This document shows positions 39,853 through 46,208 of a stretch of DNA of 64,000 bases, one piece after another. The notes under the pieces are model-generated. The model was not told the DNA's origin, searched no databases, and was given only the letters and a program-made list of their open reading frames with translations. Source of the DNA: Marine Group II euryarchaeote MED-G38. GTDB lineage: Archaea > Thermoplasmatota > Poseidoniia > Poseidoniales > Thalassarchaeaceae. A program made the position numbers and the translations under genes. The first letter of the stretch is position 1; each line of letters begins with the position of its first letter. The stretch spans positions 28,425 through 92,424 of the forward strand of contig NTJP01000007.1 of assembly GCA_002457145.1 (NCBI GenBank). The letters are read 5' to 3'.

Positions 39853-40155
39853 TCAGTTTCTTAGTATATTTGCATCATCTAAGGAAATAGTTTCCTGAGT
39901 ACTGTACATCGATAGTAAAATAGCCAAACCGATAGCAACTTCTGCTGCTGCAATAGCGATGGCGATAGCGGTGAATACCCATCCATTTACATCTCCATAA
40001 TACATCGCCCCTGCAACAAAATTTAGATTTGCGGAATTTAACATTAATTCTATACACATTAAAACGACTATGGCATTTTTATGATAAAAAGTTCCTAGAA
40101 GACCTATGCCGAATAGTATTACACCTAAACCTACTATCCAACTAGGGTCTATCAT
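39853..40155 (-). CDS. nuoK: NADH-quinone oxidoreductase subunit K
   Basis: 100 aa, three helices, conserved membrane Glu residues (CIELMLNSAN, AAAEVAIGLAIL). Confidence 0.9.
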   Translation of the reverse strand: MIDPSWIVGLGVILFGIGLLGTFYHKNAIVVLMCIELMLNSANLNFVAGAMYYGDVNGWVFTAIAIAIAAAEVAIGLAILLSMYSTQETISLDDANILRN

Positions 40156-40493
40156 TATTCTTCCTCCATTGTTTGGGAATCTTTGGTAAATTTTTTGAAT
40201 TTGCTTATATTTTCTAATTCTTCAGAGACATCGCCTCTAATATCCCATACGAGATTTATTAATCGTTCATCTCTAACCAAGTATGAAGCCCCAATCATCG
40301 CCATTGCTAGAAGGATTCCTAGTATTATAGTAGCAATTGCCCATTCATTGAAGATGGCGTCGGCAAAATCAAGAGTTGTTGGTGAATTAGGTGAAATATC
40401 TTGATTCCACATTGAATGTGAGTTTACTTCTTGTAACAATAAAAGTACAAAAACAAAAGTCCCCAGTGAAGTCGAAGCAGTAATTACTCTCAT
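40155..40493 (-). CDS. nuoJ: NADH-quinone oxidoreductase subunit J, C-terminal half (NuoJ2)
   Basis: 112 aa. IFNEWAIATIILGILLAMAMIGASYLVRDER matches the C-terminal NuoJ helix region. Its start overlaps the stop of the N-terminal half (TAATG). Confidence 0.7.
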   Translation of the reverse strand: MRVITASTSLGTFVFVLLLLQEVNSHSMWNQDISPNSPTTLDFADAIFNEWAIATIILGILLAMAMIGASYLVRDERLINLVWDIRGDVSEELENISKFKKFTKDSQTMEEE

Positions 40494-40765
40494 TAGTAAT
40501 CAACCTCTAATATTTTACGTCTAGTCAACATAACGCCAAACTGAACTACCAACATTACAGATCCAAGATATACAAGAATCTGTATTGCTGCCAACATTTC
40601 AGCCCCGGCTAAAACAAATACACCTGCAACTGCAATAAATGTCAACATCAAGGAGAGTAATGAGTGGGCAACTCTCTTTGAAAAAACACAACCAAGAGCG
40701 CCCAATATAGCTAATGAAGAAAGAATAACGAATGCAATCGCATGAAAATCGATAGCCAATGTCAC
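40493..40765 (-). CDS. nuoJ: NADH-quinone oxidoreductase subunit J, N-terminal half (NuoJ1)
   Basis: 90 aa, three helices. VAHSLLSLMLTFIAVAGVFVLAGAEMLAAIQILVYLGSVMLV is the typical NuoJ N-terminal pattern. Confidence 0.8.
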   Translation of the reverse strand: MTLAIDFHAIAFVILSSLAILGALGCVFSKRVAHSLLSLMLTFIAVAGVFVLAGAEMLAAIQILVYLGSVMLVVQFGVMLTRRKILEVDY

Positions 40766-41736
40766 GCCTCCAATTTAGCAGCTTTCTTTTCTCGCTTTAT
40801 TTTTTCTTTTTTTGCTCTTTTTGCTAATTCCATGTCAACTCGTTCTTGATGAACAGCCGGTAGTAAACGGGTTCGACTGGCATCCATCCATAGTTGTTCG
40901 CGCGTATAACCGGTCATACCATCATATTCATTTGTCATAAAGAATGATTCGAAAGGACATGCTTCAGCACATAAGCCACAAAACATACAGCGTCCTAAGT
41001 CTATTCGACCAGATACAATATCTTGCTCTGCAGGTTTTAAATCAGAAGTATTTATTTCTTCGATTCCGGATCCATCTTGCCACCTCACAGTAGCTGTATC
41101 ACCAGAAATATCAATAATTTCAGCAAAATCATATTGTTGCGGAGGAGATGCATGAGCGTGAACTAAATCAAATTCTGTTTCTATTTCGATAAAATTATCT
41201 TTTTCACGAGCGGCTAGTCCTCCGGCCTCCAATTCCCCTCCATAACCGTGCCATTCATCTCCCTCTTTCGTAGTGTCAAGAACATTAACTCTCGTTTCAC
41301 TAGTCATATGTAAGCAATCATTAGGACATGCCTTTACACATGCTTTACAAGCAGTACAAGTTTCCCACACAATTCCTATACGGCCATTATAATTCCCAGG
41401 GACGAAGAGCCATGGTTCCATATCTTCTAGTCTCTCATAGGGATACATTATGGTAACAGGACGCTCCAAGAATGGTAGAGCTGGAGAAGATTCTCTATCT
41501 GCAGAATAAACTTGTCCTGTAGACGGATGATTTTCCCCTACTCTATTAATTGTGAAATCATCAACCATTTTAGCTTCTTGTCCATGGTAATTATTTTTTA
41601 GGAAGTTGGCTTTTCCGATATATGGAATGGTACGTAATGCAGTTTTCATGGTTATCCACATTGGCCTTATAACTAAATTACGAAAATTTGGTGTAGCATG
41701 CGGATGTCCTGTGTTATAATCTGGATTTTTAATCAA
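40762..41736 (-). CDS. nuoI: NADH-quinone oxidoreductase subunit I (2x[4Fe-4S]), expanded 324-aa form
   Basis: TTG start 5-6 nt after GGGGGTGA. Ferredoxin motifs CTACKACVKACPNDC and CMFCGLCAEACPFES are separated by about 108 aa. Also has an N-terminal extension and a Lys-rich tail. Confidence 0.85.
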   Translation of the reverse strand: MIKNPDYNTGHPHATPNFRNLVIRPMWITMKTALRTIPYIGKANFLKNNYHGQEAKMVDDFTINRVGENHPSTGQVYSADRESSPALPFLERPVTIMYPYERLEDMEPWLFVPGNYNGRIGIVWETCTACKACVKACPNDCLHMTSETRVNVLDTTKEGDEWHGYGGELEAGGLAAREKDNFIEIETEFDLVHAHASPPQQYDFAEIIDISGDTATVRWQDGSGIEEINTSDLKPAEQDIVSGRIDLGRCMFCGLCAEACPFESFFMTNEYDGMTGYTREQLWMDASRTRLLPAVHQERVDMELAKRAKKEKIKREKKAAKLEA

Positions 41737-41748
41737 TTAATTCACCCC

Positions 41749-43245
41749 CTATTTTTTTTGAGTTCCCGGATATGCCTTAGACAGGGTCTGTGTACTGTAG
41801 GGACGACGAGATTGCGCCAATGCTTCTTCATCTTCATCAATGGCGTATACGATAAAGAAAAATAATGCAGTAAGTGTTAACAAAGGAGCAGCCCATATTG
41901 GCCAACCTGAATCTGTCCAAACTTCAAGTCGAAGGAATGTAGCTATCACTAAATTTACCATTGACAGAGGGAGAAGATATAGCCACCCAAATTCTAGTAT
42001 TTGATCGGTTCTTATACGATGTAATGATGCTCTTATCCATACAAAAAATGCAAACAATAGCCAAGCTTTTAGTAAGACCCAAACCAATCCTGGTATTATA
42101 GTAAATATTATTTCAAAAAGTCCTCCTAAAATCGGCAACGAGGATAAGAGGTCTTGAAAAGGAAATTCCCAACCTCCTAAAAAGAACATAGCAAATAATA
42201 TGCATGCTGCGTACGCTCTCATCATTTCGGTAGCAAACATAAGGCCCCAGCGTATTCCTCCATATTCAGTCCACCAGCCCTCTACGAGTTCGGCTTCAGC
42301 TTCGGGCATATCAAAAGGTATTCGTTCTACTTCTGCAATCATAGTTACTAGGAACAGTACTGCGCCCAATGGTAAGATGAAAATATTCCATGTATTTGAT
42401 GTCTCAATTTGGAAATCAATAATTTCCAGAATATTGAATGATCCGCTTATTACAGCAATACTTAGAACTGTGATTAAAAGTGGTATTTCATATGCTGTTA
42501 ATTGTGCGGCAGAACGCATTCCACCGATTAGTGTATATTTGTTATTTGAAGCCCAGCCAGCGAAAAATACTCCCAATGGTGCGACACCAAAAATTGCCAT
42601 CATAAAAATTAGGGAAAGATCTGGATTTGCAGCCCAAATATGAGGCCCAAAGGGAATAAATGCATATACCATAATAGTGGTTGCTATTATTATCACAGGA
42701 GCAACTTCAAAGACTAATTTATCAGCTTTCTTAGGAATTATGTGCTCTTTCGTCGCAAACTTGAGAAAATCTGCCAGAGCTTGGAAAAATCCTGGAAATA
42801 AAAACCAAATACCATGGTATCCACGATTGTTGACTCGTGAAATTGTTTCATGGGGGTGATCATTACCGAATGATTCGTTTAATTTAGTATTTACAAAACC
42901 TATAGGAGCACCAAGTCCCATAGGTAATTTATTCCACCAATCTCCTGCTGTAGCATTCCCTTCGCCAACCCAGAGACTTCGTAGTGAAGTTGTAGCACCA
43001 ATCCTATCCATTAGTCTTCCAATAAACTTACGTTCAATATATGGAACAACCATCAGAGTGAGCATCATTACTGCAAATACTACAGTACACATCACAGTAG
43101 CAAGGAAAAAGGATTCTAATGCCGGTTGAATTTTTGCAAATTCAGTTTGTATTGAATTAGGAAGGAAATCATGAGTAGTGTCCATGGACCATCCAATTAT
43201 AGATTCAGACCAACCACGAATATCTAACCAATCGCTACTAGTCAT
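41749..43245 (-). CDS. nuoH: NADH-quinone oxidoreductase subunit H, expanded 498-aa form
   Basis: YIERKFIGRLMDRIG ... FFQALADFLKFATKEHIIP ... TAYEIPL ... VERIPFDMPEAEAELVEGW are the canonical NuoH motifs. Confidence 0.9.
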   Translation of the reverse strand: MTSSDWLDIRGWSESIIGWSMDTTHDFLPNSIQTEFAKIQPALESFFLATVMCTVVFAVMMLTLMVVPYIERKFIGRLMDRIGATTSLRSLWVGEGNATAGDWWNKLPMGLGAPIGFVNTKLNESFGNDHPHETISRVNNRGYHGIWFLFPGFFQALADFLKFATKEHIIPKKADKLVFEVAPVIIIATTIMVYAFIPFGPHIWAANPDLSLIFMMAIFGVAPLGVFFAGWASNNKYTLIGGMRSAAQLTAYEIPLLITVLSIAVISGSFNILEIIDFQIETSNTWNIFILPLGAVLFLVTMIAEVERIPFDMPEAEAELVEGWWTEYGGIRWGLMFATEMMRAYAACILFAMFFLGGWEFPFQDLLSSLPILGGLFEIIFTIIPGLVWVLLKAWLLFAFFVWIRASLHRIRTDQILEFGWLYLLPLSMVNLVIATFLRLEVWTDSGWPIWAAPLLTLTALFFFIVYAIDEDEEALAQSRRPYSTQTLSKAYPGTQKK

Positions 43246-43249
43246 TGAA

Positions 43250-44386
43250 TCACCTATCTGTTTCTCCGATACAAGGATCGAAGGACCCCATTATTGCAGG
43301 TATATCTGCAACTTTATAACCTATCATACATTTTGATGCGTATGGAATTGTAATAAACATAGGAGATCTAATTGAGACTCTATAAGGCATTTTACCTCTA
43401 CCCTCTCCTCCTCCGGCGAGGTAAAACATTGATTCACCCCTACTATCTTCAAAATGATGTGATCCACTTGTTCCTTCTGGAGCACGAGAAGGTGATTTTG
43501 CCAATATTTTGGGATCGCCGGGCTCATGATATGTTTCAGCACCTCCAGGCATTTTGTCAAGTGCTTGTAAAACTAAACTAGCACTTTGACGCATTTCTTC
43601 CACTCTAATTCTGTATCTATCATAACAATCAGCTCCTTTAATTGATGAACGCTCTACTGCTGGAGCCCAATCTAATTCAGAATAAACAGAATAGGGATGC
43701 GATGTTCTAATATCATGATTTACACCTCCTGCGCGAAGATTTGGCCCAGAAACGCCGTGATTGATCATTTCTTCTGGTTTGGCATAACCAACACCTTGAC
43801 TTCTAATAAGGAAAATCGTACTTTCATCAAAAAGTGACTCGTATTCTTGTATACGATCTAAGAAAAGAGATAATTTATGTCTAGCGCGCATTGCAAAGCC
43901 ATGAGGGAGATCTCTTTTTACCCCTCCAACTCTTGGGAAATTATAGTGCATTCTTGAACCGCCTAACTCTTGTAATAAATCCATCATCATTTCTCTTTCA
44001 CGCAGGCACCAAACCATCACGCTAAGATTTCCTATATCTGGGCCATATGCTCCCAACCACATCAAGTGACTAGCTAGACGTTGTAATTCAACTGCCACTA
44101 AACGGATGTATTCTGCTCTTTCTGGTACTTCAACACCGAGCAAATCTTCTGCCGCATAGATATAAGCATGAGACCAAGTATTTGCGCTTGCATAACACAA
44201 ACGATCACAATAAGTAGTTATTTGAGTAAAATCTCTAGATTCGCAAATTTTTTCTACTCCTCGGTGAATATATCCTAAATCAGGCTCAGTATCTACTACA
44301 GTCTCACCGTCAACTTTTACCTTTAATGTCCATAATCCATGTGTCATAGGATGTTGGGGTCCCATTGAAATCCACATTTCTGCCAT
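43250..44386 (-). CDS. nuoD: NADH-quinone oxidoreductase subunit D (49-kDa)
   Basis: 378 aa. MGPQHPMTHGLWTLKV, GYIHRGVEK, and a C-terminal DPCIGETDR. Confidence 0.95.
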   Translation of the reverse strand: MAEMWISMGPQHPMTHGLWTLKVKVDGETVVDTEPDLGYIHRGVEKICESRDFTQITTYCDRLCYASANTWSHAYIYAAEDLLGVEVPERAEYIRLVAVELQRLASHLMWLGAYGPDIGNLSVMVWCLREREMMMDLLQELGGSRMHYNFPRVGGVKRDLPHGFAMRARHKLSLFLDRIQEYESLFDESTIFLIRSQGVGYAKPEEMINHGVSGPNLRAGGVNHDIRTSHPYSVYSELDWAPAVERSSIKGADCYDRYRIRVEEMRQSASLVLQALDKMPGGAETYHEPGDPKILAKSPSRAPEGTSGSHHFEDSRGESMFYLAGGGEGRGKMPYRVSIRSPMFITIPYASKCMIGYKVADIPAIMGSFDPCIGETDR

Positions 44387-44395
44387 ATTAAAACC

Positions 44396-45052
44396 TCATT
44401 TAACTCTCTCAGAATCTACTGGTTTTCTTTTGAAACCTTGGGCATCATCATACATCTCTTGAAAATTATGATATCTTAATTTATGTTGCTTTTGTAATGG
44501 ATGATATCCTTTTGGAGTTTCATGAGGCTGTAGAACCCGACGCATGCCTTCATGGCCTTCGAAATCAATTCCGACTAAGTCCCATGTTTCTTTTTCATTC
44601 CAGTCTGCACCAACCCATATATCTTGAACACTTGAAACTGAAGGTTCACGCGTATCTCCTAAATGGATAGTTACTTCTATTTCTAAAGGAACATCAGAAC
44701 CAGTTAACTCTGAATTATTAGTAATTATTGGCTGTACTACGCCATCGCTTTGAGGAGGATTTTTTACTCCTGTTCTTAGAAAATGATAAATTACTTCCCA
44801 TTTTTTGTCTTGTGAATCAGGCCAATGAATACCAGTAATCATAGAGCAATAATCTACCCCATAATCGGAATATAATGATTCGGCAACTCCTCGCCAACTT
44901 TCTGGAGATGCAACTATCTTAACCACTGGCCTAATTTGAGTACCATTTGAACGTTGATCAACAGATGAAATGACACCCTCAATGGCCTCTATATCTTTTA
45001 CAAGATCTTCCGCAGCAGATATTTGAGCTTGTTCTGATACCACACCACTCAT
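44396..45052 (-). CDS. nuoC: NADH-quinone oxidoreductase subunit C (30-kDa)
   Basis: 218 aa. ADWNEKETWDLVGIDFEGHEGMRRVL matches the NuoC signature. Confidence 0.85.
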   Translation of the reverse strand: MSGVVSEQAQISAAEDLVKDIEAIEGVISSVDQRSNGTQIRPVVKIVASPESWRGVAESLYSDYGVDYCSMITGIHWPDSQDKKWEVIYHFLRTGVKNPPQSDGVVQPIITNNSELTGSDVPLEIEVTIHLGDTREPSVSSVQDIWVGADWNEKETWDLVGIDFEGHEGMRRVLQPHETPKGYHPLQKQHKLRYHNFQEMYDDAQGFKRKPVDSERVK

Positions 45053-45063
45053 AGTAACACTTC

Positions 45064-45663
45064 CTACTGTTCATCTCCGATGATTATTGGAGCAACGCTA
45101 TCAGTCCTAGAATGACTAGGTACTGCACCTATGCGGATTATTTTCTCGCGTAGCTTACCAAATCCATCAATGAGCGCCTCAGGACGAGGAGGGCATCCAG
45201 GAATGTAAATATCAACAGGTATTACTGTGTCCACTCCTTCAAGAACGTTATAAGATTGAAAATAAGGCCCTCCAGAAATAGCACATTCCCCCATTGCTAT
45301 ACACCATTTCGGCTCCGGCATTTGTTCCCAAAGACGGACTATTGGATCAGCAAATTTTTTACTTATTGGGCCATTTACGAGTAATACATCACATTGCCTT
45401 GGGCTTGATCTAAAGAAAACCCCAAATCTTTCTGCATCAAAACGGCTAGCACCAGCTGCTGCCATTTCTAGAGCGCAGCATTTTATACCAAGGTGCAGAG
45501 GAAATAATGATTTTCTTTGACCCCAATTAAATAGTCTACCGGCTAAAACACCGATAACGTCTCTAAGACCGCTTGCTTCAAGTGCTGCATCTGTAGTATC
45601 TCCCACTGTATCAATCAGCATTCGGCTACTAAACATAGTATAATTTTGACCATCTTCTGCCAT
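45064..45663 (-). CDS. nuoB: NADH-quinone oxidoreductase subunit B (20-kDa, N2 cluster)
   Basis: 199 aa. GIKCCALEM, MGECAISGGPY and IPGCPPRPE cysteine motifs. Confidence 0.95.
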   Translation of the reverse strand: MAEDGQNYTMFSSRMLIDTVGDTTDAALEASGLRDVIGVLAGRLFNWGQRKSLFPLHLGIKCCALEMAAAGASRFDAERFGVFFRSSPRQCDVLLVNGPISKKFADPIVRLWEQMPEPKWCIAMGECAISGGPYFQSYNVLEGVDTVIPVDIYIPGCPPRPEALIDGFGKLREKIIRIGAVPSHSRTDSVAPIIIGDEQ

Positions 45664-45672
45664 TGTAATTCC

Positions 45673-46125
45673 TCATATGTAAATTCTGCCTCTTTTCCTG
45701 AAAACATGCCAAACGCCTAGACTCATCAGAATAATGAAAATCGAAAGTGTAAGTAATGCAGTGTATACCTCTGAGTTTGTCAATATATTATCTTGAACTG
45801 TAATTACTCCTCCAAATGCAAGGAACATGAATGCTATATCAAAAACTAGGAAGATGATAGCATACCAGTAGTATTGAAAGTGGAAATTTATATCAGCATC
45901 TCCTAAAGGCTCCGAACCGCATTCGTAAGTACTATCTCGACGGATATACAGACTTTGATCCGTTTCATAACCAGGCAACAACCAAGAGCTTAGTTGTGAT
46001 TTATCATTAGAATTTGGAGTTGGCCTAAGAAGCCTTGAGCCAATGAAACTACCTATTGGAAAACCAATACCAACTAGAGCCATTACGGCAACCGCGATAT
46101 AATCTTCAGGTACAGACACACTCAC
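45673..46125 (-). CDS. nuoA: NADH-quinone oxidoreductase subunit A
   Basis: 150 aa, GTG start. STYECGSEPLGDA...FQYYWYAIIFLVFDIAFMFL is the NuoA signature. First gene of the cluster. Confidence 0.8.
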   Translation of the reverse strand: MSVSVPEDYIAVAVMALVGIGFPIGSFIGSRLLRPTPNSNDKSQLSSWLLPGYETDQSLYIRRDSTYECGSEPLGDADINFHFQYYWYAIIFLVFDIAFMFLAFGGVITVQDNILTNSEVYTALLTLSIFIILMSLGVWHVFRKRGRIYI

Positions 46126-46208
46126 ACCACACGTCCCACTAGAGGGCTACAAACGTGGCCACCTGAAAACGGAACATAAGTGTATCCGGCGAGCGTTATG
46201 AGGTGTGG

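Noticed and set aside
40155-40765. nuoJ is split into 90-aa and 112-aa ORFs, which could be a frameshifted pseudogene.
   Set aside because: The halves are joined by a TAATG stop/start overlap like other coupled genes here. Each half keeps the conserved NuoJ segments. Split nuoJ1/nuoJ2 is a known natural arrangement in some archaea.
35940-43581. Numerous 60-147-aa ORFs on either strand inside nuoM, nuoL, nuoK, nuoJ, nuoH and nuoD (for example 36345-36623, 37053-37298, 42200-42643, 43324-43560).
   Set aside because: All are embedded in, or antisense to, nuo genes with canonical motifs, and none has its own motif or RBS.
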